NCBI GenBank assembly: GCA_030681595.1
Contig: JAUXSB010000014.1
Coordinates: forward strand, 23,942-87,941
From: Candidatus Omnitrophota bacterium
Lineage (GTDB): Bacteria > Omnitrophota > Gorgyraeia > Ghiorseimicrobiales > Ghiorseimicrobiaceae
Direction of reading: 5' to 3'
Length of the DNA stretch: 64,000 nt
The notes below the pieces were generated by a model, which was given only the letters and a program-made list of their open reading frames with translations, ran no database searches and was not told where the DNA came from. This document shows positions 43,656 through 52,685 of this stretch, one piece after another (position 1 is the stretch's first letter; every line of letters starts with the position of its first letter). The position numbers were made by a program, and so were the translations under genes.

Positions 43656-44159
43656 AACAAAATGGATAATTTAGACTATGATGCACAGCAGAGGAGAGAA
43701 GTATTTGCCATGTATGGTTTAGCCATGTATCATGCCCAATGTTTTGAAAAAAGCTTGGTTATATTGGTATCCGTTGCATTCAACAAAGAATATTTCAAGA
43801 GTAATTACGAAAAAAGAGAGGAACTTTTTTCTGATACTTTCAAAAAAACAGCCGGACAACTAGTAGAAAAACTTAAAGTGATGGTAAAAGTCCCGAATAC
43901 CCTGGAAAATGACTTATCCAAAGCGGTAAAAAAAAGAAATTGGTTGGCACATGATTATTTTTGGGGAAATTCTTATGATATTTTGACAACAGCCGGAAGA
44001 GAGAGAAAACTAAATGAACTGCATGAAATTTCAGAATATTTTTCAAAGATGGATGAAAGAATGACAAAAATATATCAACGTGTATTCGATAAAATTGGAT
44101 TGACTGAAGATAAAGTTATGGCATATTTAGAGAAAATGGTAGATAAACACAAAATATAA
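43647..44159 (+). CDS. Integron cassette ORF: possible HEPN-motif protein (R-x4-H); true start may be the second ATG at 43662
   Basis: RNWLAH fits the HEPN Rx4-6H motif; otherwise unrecognised; the first five codons overlap the attC right end. Confidence 0.45.
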   Translation: MLYNKMDNLDYDAQQRREVFAMYGLAMYHAQCFEKSLVILVSVAFNKEYFKSNYEKREELFSDTFKKTAGQLVEKLKVMVKVPNTLENDLSKAVKKRNWLAHDYFWGNSYDILTTAGRERKLNELHEISEYFSKMDERMTKIYQRVFDKIGLTEDKVMAYLEKMVDKHKI

Positions 44160-44215
44160 CAAATCAATCCAGCGGAATTTGCCTCTGGCAAATCCGCTGA
44201 TTTCTGGTGTTATGC
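44154..44215 (+). other. attC-like recombination site 2
   Basis: ataacaaatcaatccagcggaatttgcc / ggcaaatccgctgatttctggtgttatgc imperfect inverted repeat, ATAAC...GTTAT cores. Confidence 0.45.
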
Positions 44216-44222
44216 TAAAAAA

Positions 44223-45146
44223 ATGGAAGAAAAGCAAATGTTGTTATCATGGCTCATAATCTCTATTCTGATTACATCCTATTCTACCATTCGGAATGTC
44301 GAATTCGTGGAAGCGAATACTGAATCCATGAGAAGTGATAATTCAGACATTTTCTACGAAAAAAGAGGAAACGGGAAACAAAAGATGCTTTTAATTCACG
44401 GATACGGAGCAACGAGAATGAGCTTTTATGATATAGCCCCGTTTCTAGAAAATCAGTATGAACTGTATTTAATCGACTTAATTGGTTTCGGAGATTCGCG
44501 GGCTCCATTTGGTTGGGAATACAAACCACAAAATCAAGCAGAGGCGGTATACCGATTCATAAAGAAAAATGAACTAACTGACATTACAGTTGTGGGTCAC
44601 TCATATGGCGGAATGGTGGTACTGTTACTCCTTCAAAAGATCGAAAAAGCGAAGGAATATTTTTTAATCAGGAATGCAGTTTTGATCGACCCTGCAGCTT
44701 ATCCGCAGAGGTTCCCTTTTTTTGTTCAAATTCCCAAAATACCTATTGTTAATACGATCTTTCTTTCGCTAATACCTGCAAGAAAACAAGCGCAATACAC
44801 TTTAAAGCGTCTGTTTTATGATGACAAAAAGGTCACAGATGAAAGAATCGAAAGATATGCATCCTATTACAGAAAAGGAACTCATAGAAAGGCGATAATT
44901 GAGTCTGCCAAGAATATGATTCCTAAAAATATTGATCAATTAGAAGAGGATATCAAAACAATTTCGATCCGAACGCTTATAATATGGGGTAGTAAAGATC
45001 CTGTCATACCAAAGTCAAACATAGATAGACTCCATAAAGAGCTGAAAAATTCAAATCTTATGGTGATTGAAGACGCAGGCCATATACCCCATGAAGAAAA
45101 GCCAGAGGAAACATATAATGCATTTATTGAGTTTATTCGAGATTAG
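44223..45146 (+). CDS. Integron cassette ORF: alpha/beta-fold hydrolase with N-terminal TM anchor
   Basis: HGYG oxyanion region, GHSYGG nucleophile elbow, downstream Asp and His (DAGHIPH). Confidence 0.75.
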   Translation: MEEKQMLLSWLIISILITSYSTIRNVEFVEANTESMRSDNSDIFYEKRGNGKQKMLLIHGYGATRMSFYDIAPFLENQYELYLIDLIGFGDSRAPFGWEYKPQNQAEAVYRFIKKNELTDITVVGHSYGGMVVLLLLQKIEKAKEYFLIRNAVLIDPAAYPQRFPFFVQIPKIPIVNTIFLSLIPARKQAQYTLKRLFYDDKKVTDERIERYASYYRKGTHRKAIIESAKNMIPKNIDQLEEDIKTISIRTLIIWGSKDPVIPKSNIDRLHKELKNSNLMVIEDAGHIPHEEKPEETYNAFIEFIRD

Positions 45147-45157
45147 GTTTCATTAGT

Positions 45158-45997
45158 ATGAAATTCATTCTTGAGGTTCTTAATATATTCTGGTCCATTT
45201 GCTTAGCGATTATTGCAATAGTTGTATCGTTTCTTATCCCTAAGTCTAAAAAAAGAAAAGAAGTAGGAGTAGGACTCTCAATTTTTTCTTTTACGATTAA
45301 TTTTAGAAAAGATACCTATATAAGGGGGCTTCTGGTTCTTCTAGGAATTTCCTTTCTAGGATTTACATTTGTACGTGATTACTCTTCTTTTTTTCCAAAA
45401 CGGGTGTCATTTGAGATTTATTATGACTCAAATGGGTTGAAACAGGCCATAGAAAGTATAAGGCCGTTATTGGAAGATGGCATGAAGATTTCTCCAGATT
45501 GGGAAAACAAAAGGAGGGCATATTTCCAAGAACTTGATAAAATTATTAAGTCAAAAATACCGCAGTATGAACTATTCTTTTCATATGATCATGTTGAAGA
45601 TTATTTAGTGAGCAAAGGTAAAGCAGAACATGTTGTTGAGTTGTTTAGATTTTGGCAGCAATATAAGATCACCAAGGTCAATGGCTTGGTTCAACATCGG
45701 CTTCACCCGCCTGATATGAATCCGATTGAACTCGAAACCAGGTATAATCTTTTAGATAGACCGAAAAACTTAGTTTTACCCACTATAAGAGATTTCTTCA
45801 GGGGCAGAAAACTTGTTGCACCAACAATGGCACAATCTCTCATAATTCACACAGATAAGGTTTATGAGGCCGAAATTGTAGGACTTACGGAGGTCAGGTT
45901 TTTTCCGTATAATACTTTGGAAAAGACGATATTTTGCTTTAAATCGGAAGCGGGATTAGTTCCTTTTTCGTATACATTTTATAAAGAAGAAGAATAA
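45158..45997 (+). CDS. Integron cassette ORF: 2-TM membrane protein of unknown function (same cassette as the hydrolase)
   Basis: Two N-terminal hydrophobic helices; only 11 bp after the hydrolase stop with no intervening attC. Confidence 0.5.
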   Translation: MKFILEVLNIFWSICLAIIAIVVSFLIPKSKKRKEVGVGLSIFSFTINFRKDTYIRGLLVLLGISFLGFTFVRDYSSFFPKRVSFEIYYDSNGLKQAIESIRPLLEDGMKISPDWENKRRAYFQELDKIIKSKIPQYELFFSYDHVEDYLVSKGKAEHVVELFRFWQQYKITKVNGLVQHRLHPPDMNPIELETRYNLLDRPKNLVLPTIRDFFRGRKLVAPTMAQSLIIHTDKVYEAEIVGLTEVRFFPYNTLEKTIFCFKSEAGLVPFSYTFYKEEE

Positions 45998-46002
45998 AAA
46001 AA

Positions 46003-46059
46003 GCATAACAACTCGCTGCAGCCGACCGCCTACGCGGCGGCTGAGCTCAATCGTTATAG
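46003..46059 (+). other. attC-like recombination site 3
   Basis: gcataacaactcgctgcagccgaccgcc / ggcggctgagctcaatcgttatagg imperfect inverted repeat with ATAAC...GTTAT cores. Confidence 0.45.
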
Positions 46060-46150
46060 GAAAAAATAAAAATGATCAGGCCAAAAAAACACAAGATTTG
46101 GAGTGAGAACTTGAATCTATAATATAACCGGTAAAAAAGAGAGGAAAACT

Positions 46151-46243
46151 ATGAGCAAAAGTCATGATGCTAAAAAAGATGTAAAAAAGAAAGCAGCAAA
46201 AACGCTAAAAGAGAAACGGCTTGATAAAAAAGCGAAAAAATAG
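46151..46243 (+). CDS. Small Lys-rich ORF (30 aa, MSKSHDAKKDVKKKAAKTLKEKRLDKKAKK), possible mini-cassette
   Basis: Good Shine-Dalgarno (agaggaaaact) 5 nt upstream of ATG; followed by a GTTAGGC core at 46270..46276. Below the ORF-track size cutoff. Confidence 0.25.
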   Translation: MSKSHDAKKDVKKKAAKTLKEKRLDKKAKK

Positions 46244-46385
46244 ACAAATAAAAATAATCGAAATTTGGTGTTAGGCCATGAATCTGAAATATAGGATATT
46301 AATAAGGTCAGCCCCTAAATTTTCCTGCCTTTTTCCCAGAGCGAAGCGGCGGAAAAAAATAGGTGAAGGTATACCTTGCCCCTGC

Positions 46386-49300
46386 CTAAACCAAATACAC
46401 GTCGATTTTCTTGATTAGGCCAGAGCGGATTTTTTCTGCGTAGGGGTGGGTGATAATACCGGACTTTATGGTAATAAGTTCTCCGCTATCATCTTCAAAG
46501 ATATACATTCCGACAGAAACACCTTTAGGGCCGAATGTATTTCGCAGCTTAGGATTATGATAGACAACTAAAGTTTTATTTAAGAACTTAAAAGAGTAAT
46601 TTTTTTTCTTGGTGAATAGTTTTTTGTGCAGTATCGGCTTAAATTCTAAGGTTAACTTCCCTTCTTTATCTAATTTAAAAAGGTTAAAGCCGATGTTCAT
46701 TGCCAGCCAGATGCTGATAAACTCAGCGGTCGAGCCGGAAAGACGCGCAACAAAGCCGTTACCGTGAAGACTATCGTCGCAAAATGCACTGCTGGCCAAA
46801 AATGAAGAATTCTCTAAAATACTCCTACCGTATTTTTTGGCATCCAAAAACGGAATAAAGCAATTAAAGAAATCATTATAAAACTCTTCGTATAAACCGC
46901 ATCTTAATAATTCAAGCAGGAATTTATACTCCATGTGCAGCCATACCGATTCGTTTTCCAGCCAACCCGGAGTGAACACTCTGCATCTGCCGATTTCAAT
47001 GGGCGCTTCTTTAAGCGGCGCGCAAACCTTATACATTTTAAGCTTCCTGTCGTAGAGCGAAGACGAACGTATTGCCTTGTATAAACTGGCGGCCTTAGCA
47101 GTGTCTTTTTCTAACCTTAAAGCGTGCACCTGCGCTTCTAAGAAAAACGGCAAAGGCTCCTGCTTAAACTTACGCACTCTTACAGAGCCGGAGTATAACT
47201 CATAATCAACTACTTCGTTTATAAAATAAGCCCGGTAAATGCCTGTCTTTTTATCAACGGCGCGGGATAGCCCAAAAGATATCTTGCGCTCTGCCGCATT
47301 AAGAATAGAAAATAATTCCGCCAGCTTAATCCCGCTTTCTTTCCCGCTAAACCCGAATCTGCTGTTTGCCCTGTAGCCTTCCTTTAAGGCATACGCCTTA
47401 TCCCAAAAGATAAAATCCCGCTCTTTACTGCCAGACGCGAAATATTCCTCAAGCAGTTTGCCTAAATTTTTCAGGAAATTATTTATTTCCAAAGGTAAAA
47501 TCATATCCTCATATTGAAAAGCGCGCGAATTTTTTAGCGCATCTTTAATAAAAATAATAAGGCGCTTCAGCTCAAAAGTTTCATTAGTAGATGAACCGAA
47601 AAGCGCGGGCAGGCCGTTTAAAGAATCAAACCAATTTGGTTTATTTGCCTCCATTTCAACGCCTATCCCTTGCGCGTCCAGCGAGGCAAGCTTATTTACA
47701 AAAAGACAGAGCAGCTTTGTCAGCAAGCTTACATAAATGATATCTCCCTTGCCGAAATCCGCCCTTACCCTATGCGCATCATGCGCTCTTGAACGGATTA
47801 ACTCCTCCTTCTCGGGGTCTTTTTTAAGCGAATGATGCTGGGATACCTTATTGGCGCCAGTTAAAACATACTTTACATCACGCGGCTGGACTATTTCAGC
47901 ATTATCAAAAAAGCTAAATATTTTTTTATCAACAAATATCTCTTTTAGTTTTTCAGGATATAAGGCGAGGTAGCTTTCTATTAAGTCTAAGTTATACGCC
48001 CAATGGTCGCTCCAGAACCCTTCAGAATGTTCCGCATCCTCTATTCTCGCGGATAAACATAGCGCCTCCTTAAGAAACTCCGGCATATCAACATCCAGCC
48101 CGATGTTGTTTTCTTCGATAAGCATAGCAAGCGAGCCCGGAGTAAATGGTTTGTTAAAAAATTGGCCCAAATTTTCCCTGTCTTTCGTGTCAACAATATG
48201 GTTTAAAAGTTCAGGTCTATTCTTTTCTTCCAAGGAAAAACTTAACCCCTTAATTACTAATGGGTTAAAACCATCGGTTTGAATGAGATTTAAGAAATCC
48301 ACCAGATTCGACTCCGCCACATCCGAATTAAACCAGTTATCCGAACGGCGGTTCTGATTCATATCACGGTAATTACCGTTACCTTGAGAAAAATACGTCG
48401 GGCTAAGCAAAAAATTATTGTAATCGCGCTCTAAATCTCCGTGCTTACGAGAATAGAGATAAAATACGGATTTTTTACCTGCACGCGAAAACGAGACGGG
48501 ATATCCGCCCCTTAAAACATTATCTAAAAATGTCTGTTTTGCGTATAAGTTAAACTCACCAAAAGCGCTTTCCGTGTGAATATTATCCTCAATTTCTCGG
48601 ATTAAGTTTGCGTTTTCCTGCTGCTTTTCCTGAATAAAACTATTGTTTAGAATCCTCTCGATCTGAGGAATTAACTTTTCCTTACCGGAAGCATATCCAA
48701 CGATAGAAAAAATTGACTTAGGCTCATCCGGCTTAATAGATGAGCTGAAATAAGAAAAAGCGCACGGGGTCCTGCTTTCTTTAATCTGTTTTGATAAGGC
48801 GGGGTTAAATTTTTCCTTGTTGATGAAATTACGGGGATAAGAAAAATCGCCTTGGCCGAACAGGCATACCGGGTCAACTATAGCATCAAGCAGCTTATTC
48901 TTATTGCCCTCGCGGCAGAAAGGAAGGTAAAAATTCCCCCCCTCTATATAAAAAGTCTCCGGCCTGTCTGCAGGGTCAATATAAAGGTTGTAAAAAGGAA
49001 TCTTATTATTCAAGAAATCAACGCGCATCCATGCTTCAATAGTGCGCGACATGTCTTTTAAGAAAAAGTTAGCTGTGCCATAAGGCGTAATTTTAGGCAG
49101 CCCGTCAACCGCTTCTATTTCAAGGATTTTTTTTCCGGTATTTGTAATTTTTAATTCTCTGATTATCGCGGCTATGGGTTCGCCGGAAAGCGTAAAATAA
49201 CGCACATCAATTTTCAGGCCAAGAAGGGGATTTATTTCCTCTAAAGCAAGCTCGTAAGATTTAATCCTCATTAGGCGGCGTAAGTCAAAAGAAAGATTAT

Positions 49301-49613
49301 CCAGGCTGTCCTGAAAAGGCTCATAATAGGCAACCCTTGAGCCGTTTTTAACTTTCAGAAATGTCCTGAAGCCTTCAGATGCGGCAGACTGCCATGCCTG
49401 ATTCGCGGGAAGGAATTCCAGAATAGAATGATTTTTATCCTTGGTGCCGAAGCTGATTACGAGTTGCCCGCGGTTGACATAAAAAACCCACATCGGTATC
49501 CCGAAGAAACCGGCAATACCCGGGAAAAAGCTGGCAAACGGCTTCGCGGAATTATAATTTTCAATTACAAACTCACCGGTTTTATTATCAAGGTAATATT
49601 TTGGTTTTAACAT
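46386..49613 (-). CDS. Large (1075 aa) protein of unknown function, possibly carbohydrate-active
   Basis: Long uninterrupted ORF; Trp/Asp-rich segments (FWSDHWAYNLD, GNGNYRDMNQNRR) and an adjacent sugar kinase give only contextual hints. Confidence 0.55.
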   Translation of the reverse strand: MLKPKYYLDNKTGEFVIENYNSAKPFASFFPGIAGFFGIPMWVFYVNRGQLVISFGTKDKNHSILEFLPANQAWQSAASEGFRTFLKVKNGSRVAYYEPFQDSLDNLSFDLRRLMRIKSYELALEEINPLLGLKIDVRYFTLSGEPIAAIIRELKITNTGKKILEIEAVDGLPKITPYGTANFFLKDMSRTIEAWMRVDFLNNKIPFYNLYIDPADRPETFYIEGGNFYLPFCREGNKNKLLDAIVDPVCLFGQGDFSYPRNFINKEKFNPALSKQIKESRTPCAFSYFSSSIKPDEPKSIFSIVGYASGKEKLIPQIERILNNSFIQEKQQENANLIREIEDNIHTESAFGEFNLYAKQTFLDNVLRGGYPVSFSRAGKKSVFYLYSRKHGDLERDYNNFLLSPTYFSQGNGNYRDMNQNRRSDNWFNSDVAESNLVDFLNLIQTDGFNPLVIKGLSFSLEEKNRPELLNHIVDTKDRENLGQFFNKPFTPGSLAMLIEENNIGLDVDMPEFLKEALCLSARIEDAEHSEGFWSDHWAYNLDLIESYLALYPEKLKEIFVDKKIFSFFDNAEIVQPRDVKYVLTGANKVSQHHSLKKDPEKEELIRSRAHDAHRVRADFGKGDIIYVSLLTKLLCLFVNKLASLDAQGIGVEMEANKPNWFDSLNGLPALFGSSTNETFELKRLIIFIKDALKNSRAFQYEDMILPLEINNFLKNLGKLLEEYFASGSKERDFIFWDKAYALKEGYRANSRFGFSGKESGIKLAELFSILNAAERKISFGLSRAVDKKTGIYRAYFINEVVDYELYSGSVRVRKFKQEPLPFFLEAQVHALRLEKDTAKAASLYKAIRSSSLYDRKLKMYKVCAPLKEAPIEIGRCRVFTPGWLENESVWLHMEYKFLLELLRCGLYEEFYNDFFNCFIPFLDAKKYGRSILENSSFLASSAFCDDSLHGNGFVARLSGSTAEFISIWLAMNIGFNLFKLDKEGKLTLEFKPILHKKLFTKKKNYSFKFLNKTLVVYHNPKLRNTFGPKGVSVGMYIFEDDSGELITIKSGIITHPYAEKIRSGLIKKIDVYLV

Positions 49614-49641
49614 ATTTATCCTGTAACTACTGATTAATTAC

Positions 49642-50541
49642 CTAAAAGGCCAGAATATTTCTAAATTTATTCAGACGGGAATGAATATCTTTTTTTGTAA
49701 GCCGCGCTATCCTCTCGATGCCGAAACCTTCCACATTGAAAGAAGATAAGATTGTCCCATAAATAATCGCCTTTTTTAATGTTTTTCCGTTAATTTTTCC
49801 TGCCTGCGCCAGATACCCCATAAACCCGCCGGCAAAAGTATCGCCTGCCCCCGTAGGGTCAACTACGTGTTCAACCGGATATGCCGGATAAGAAAAGATA
49901 AATTTATCACAGTAAAATAAAACACCGTGCTCGCCTTTTTTTATGACAATAAAACGGGGGCCTAACCGACGTAATGCCCTTGCCGCCTTTATTAAGTTAT
50001 GCTCGCCGGACAAATCGCGCGCCTCCTGGTCATTGGCGACATAGATATCCACATCTTTTAATAACCTAACCAAGTCCTGGCGTTTATTATGTATCCAGTA
50101 ATTCATACTATCTAAACCGACAAGTTTAGGACGATGCATGCTTTTTAAAAGATGCATCTGTATCTCGGGGTCAACGTTGGCTAAAAAAACATTTTCAATT
50201 TTTTTCTGATGTTCGGGAATGGTGGGTTTAAAAATAGATAAAACTCCTAATTCAGTACTTAAGGTAAGGGCGGTATTTAAATCGCCTTTATATTCGCCTG
50301 ACCAACGGAATGTTTTACCGTTACCTTTAATTAATGAGGTAAGGATAATGCCTTTTTTATGCAGAAAATTGATATGTTTCCCCGGAAAGTCTTCTCCGAC
50401 GATCGCCACAAGGTTCACATCGGTAAAAAACCGCGCGGCAAGCGAAAAATGCGCGGCTGAGCCGCCTAATAAATTATGCCGCCGGCCTTCGGGCGTCTTT
50501 ACTGTATCGAGGGCAACCGTACCCAGAACGATTATGCTCAT
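49642..50541 (-). CDS. PfkB-family carbohydrate kinase
   Basis: C-terminal DPTGAGDTFAGGF motif and N-terminal GG substrate motif. Confidence 0.8.
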   Translation of the reverse strand: MSIIVLGTVALDTVKTPEGRRHNLLGGSAAHFSLAARFFTDVNLVAIVGEDFPGKHINFLHKKGIILTSLIKGNGKTFRWSGEYKGDLNTALTLSTELGVLSIFKPTIPEHQKKIENVFLANVDPEIQMHLLKSMHRPKLVGLDSMNYWIHNKRQDLVRLLKDVDIYVANDQEARDLSGEHNLIKAARALRRLGPRFIVIKKGEHGVLFYCDKFIFSYPAYPVEHVVDPTGAGDTFAGGFMGYLAQAGKINGKTLKKAIIYGTILSSFNVEGFGIERIARLTKKDIHSRLNKFRNILAF

Positions 50542-50670
50542 ACCATCAATATTAAGCTAAGGATTAAGTTCTAAGTAATTTACCCCATTAGATAAAACAT
50601 AGATATACTTTATGGGGAATTTTTACATAAAAAAACAACCTTCGGGCAGTCCGTCTCTAACGGGATTTGG

Positions 50671-50898
50671 TTATAGCGCTTCGACTTGCTTTATCTCAGG
50701 GATTTCTTTTTTAAGCATCTTTTCTACGCCGTTTTTAAGCGTCATCTGACTCATCGGGCAACAACCGCAGGTGCCGGTAAGCTTTAAGCGTACGACATTA
50801 TCTTGTGTTACCTCAACCAACTGCACGTCTCCGCCATCCGCGGCAAGCATAGGACGGACCTTATCCAACGCTTTTTCTACCTTTGCTTTATCAATCAT
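50671..50898 (-). CDS. nfuA: NifU-like (Nfu) Fe-S cluster carrier domain protein
   Basis: LTGTCGCCPMS CxxC-type motif in a 75-aa protein. Confidence 0.8.
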   Translation of the reverse strand: MIDKAKVEKALDKVRPMLAADGGDVQLVEVTQDNVVRLKLTGTCGCCPMSQMTLKNGVEKMLKKEIPEIKQVEAL

Positions 50899-51527
50899 TT
50901 TGCCCTCCCGGTTATTTTAGATAGTAACCTATTATGCTTTAAACAAAACTTTCCGCTTTTCACTTGCGAATATATCAAATCTTCCTGCCAGTGGGCATTG
51001 TATAAGCGGCAACTTTTGGATTTACAGAATGGCTCGCCGCGCAAATAAAAGAACATCGCCTGCGCCGCTAATCCCTTTACCACTTCCAAAAGGCGCTTAT
51101 CGTTATAATCAATGAAACGGCCTTTTAATTTTTGCTTAAGCCTTGCCTCTTCCGGCTCCCAAAGTCCGCTGCCGGATAAACTCTGCTTTGCCAGATAATA
51201 TTCTCTCGGTTTTGCCGGCGCCTCAACTATGCCTGAAAGCGAAATTACCGAAGGATAACTAAAAACAGATGACCTTAGATGCATCTGCCTACCTTTGCCA
51301 TCGCCTGTGGCAAAAAGGCGCTTTGTAACAATTATAGCATACGCACCGGGCGTATCCCTAATTTTTTTCTGTGTTCCGATGACATCCAACAAGAGGCCGT
51401 TTGTTACAACTATATCTTTTGCTTTCTTAACAACTACGCTAACCTCAAATGTTTTTTCTAAGAAAGCCTTTATTTTTTTAAAATCCAGGGAACTATTTTC
51501 GTCATACAAATAAACTTTATTAATCAC
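50895..51527 (-). CDS. Hypothetical protein with C-terminal cysteine cluster
   Basis: 210 aa; CKSKSC ... CLKH cysteines; no family recognised; translationally coupled in the Thi4 operon. Confidence 0.4.
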   Translation of the reverse strand: MINKVYLYDENSSLDFKKIKAFLEKTFEVSVVVKKAKDIVVTNGLLLDVIGTQKKIRDTPGAYAIIVTKRLFATGDGKGRQMHLRSSVFSYPSVISLSGIVEAPAKPREYYLAKQSLSGSGLWEPEEARLKQKLKGRFIDYNDKRLLEVVKGLAAQAMFFYLRGEPFCKSKSCRLYNAHWQEDLIYSQVKSGKFCLKHNRLLSKITGRAK

Positions 51528-51538
51528 GAATTTATAAG

Positions 51539-52342
51539 CTATTTATTCTTTTTTAAAATCTCCAGCGCGACCTCTGCGGCTTTTTTACCGGACAAAAGCA
51601 TTGAGCCGAAAGTCGGCCCCATCCTTGGAAGCCCGTAGGTCGTGGAAACGCTCATACCGCAGACAATCAAGCCAGGGTGCGCTTCTTGTGTATATTCTAT
51701 GACCAAGTCTTCCGAACGCTCAACCCACATTGCGCCAAACCCGACTTTTTTCATGATACCGCGCTCTTCAAGCTTTGATACAACGCAAGCATCATGGCCG
51801 GTTGAATCAATAACCAGTTTTGACTCGATTGCCACCGGGTCAACACAGGTTATCTCGCGAGGCAAAGCTTTTACCGGCGTCCAGTTAATTACCACGCCTG
51901 CCACACGGTTATCTTCGCGTAAAACCACATCTTCGAAAATGGTCATATTGGCAAATTTTACCCCGGCATCACAGGCAGAGGCAATAAGCTTTGAACAGGC
52001 ATGCGGCCCTTCAGCGACATAAAGCCCCTTTGAATATTCTTTATGGGGTATACCCAATTCTTTTAAAACTTTTTCTGCCGGCGCCCTTACCGTCAACGTA
52101 TTCATTAAGTAGCCGCCAATCCAAAATCCGCCGCCTAAGTAGTTATTCCTCTCGATGATAAAAACCTTAACTCCGGCACGCGCCAAATTGCGGCCGCACA
52201 TAAGCCCGGAAGGCCCTGCGCCGATGATTACACAGTCAGAATCCACATAACTCTGGAATTGTTTAGAAAACTGATCTACAATTGCCCGTGTTACTTCCTT
52301 CTCTCCTACCTCAGCAAAAATCTTTTTATGTTTCTGTGCCAT
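51539..52342 (-). CDS. thi4: Thi4-family thiazole synthase
   Basis: FAD-binding [12 protein letters not shown] motif and Thi4-type core; 267 aa. Confidence 0.8.
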   Translation of the reverse strand: MAQKHKKIFAEVGEKEVTRAIVDQFSKQFQSYVDSDCVIIGAGPSGLMCGRNLARAGVKVFIIERNNYLGGGFWIGGYLMNTLTVRAPAEKVLKELGIPHKEYSKGLYVAEGPHACSKLIASACDAGVKFANMTIFEDVVLREDNRVAGVVINWTPVKALPREITCVDPVAIESKLVIDSTGHDACVVSKLEERGIMKKVGFGAMWVERSEDLVIEYTQEAHPGLIVCGMSVSTTYGLPRMGPTFGSMLLSGKKAAEVALEILKKNK

Positions 52343-52445
52343 TTTATTTACCTCAATTATAATTGATTACACTGATTTTAAAAAGATTACACAGATTATC
52401 AATCGGTGTAATCATATTTGTAATCTGTGCAATCACAAGTTAATA

Positions 52446-52685
52446 TTACTCAATAATATCTCCTATTACCGGTTCAACCACTACTCCGGCTTTTTCCAAA
52501 AATTTAATTCCTTTCTGCAGGTTTTCCTCTTTACCGTCTAATTCCAAGACTATCTCGCCGATTTTATCGGTTACCCGCGCTCTTCTAATATTCGGCATCA
52601 CGTCAAATTTCTTCGCCATCTGAAAAGTCAAAGGCTGTTTTATGGTTTCGCCGGTAAAAGTAAGTTTTACGATTTTTTTAGCCAT
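52446..52685 (-). CDS. Stand-alone NIL-domain protein
   Basis: VKLTFTGETIKQPL...FDVMPNIRRARV...GEIVLELDG...VVVEPVIG parallels the NIL domain at the C-terminus of MetN. Confidence 0.7.
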   Translation of the reverse strand: MAKKIVKLTFTGETIKQPLTFQMAKKFDVMPNIRRARVTDKIGEIVLELDGKEENLQKGIKFLEKAGVVVEPVIGDIIE

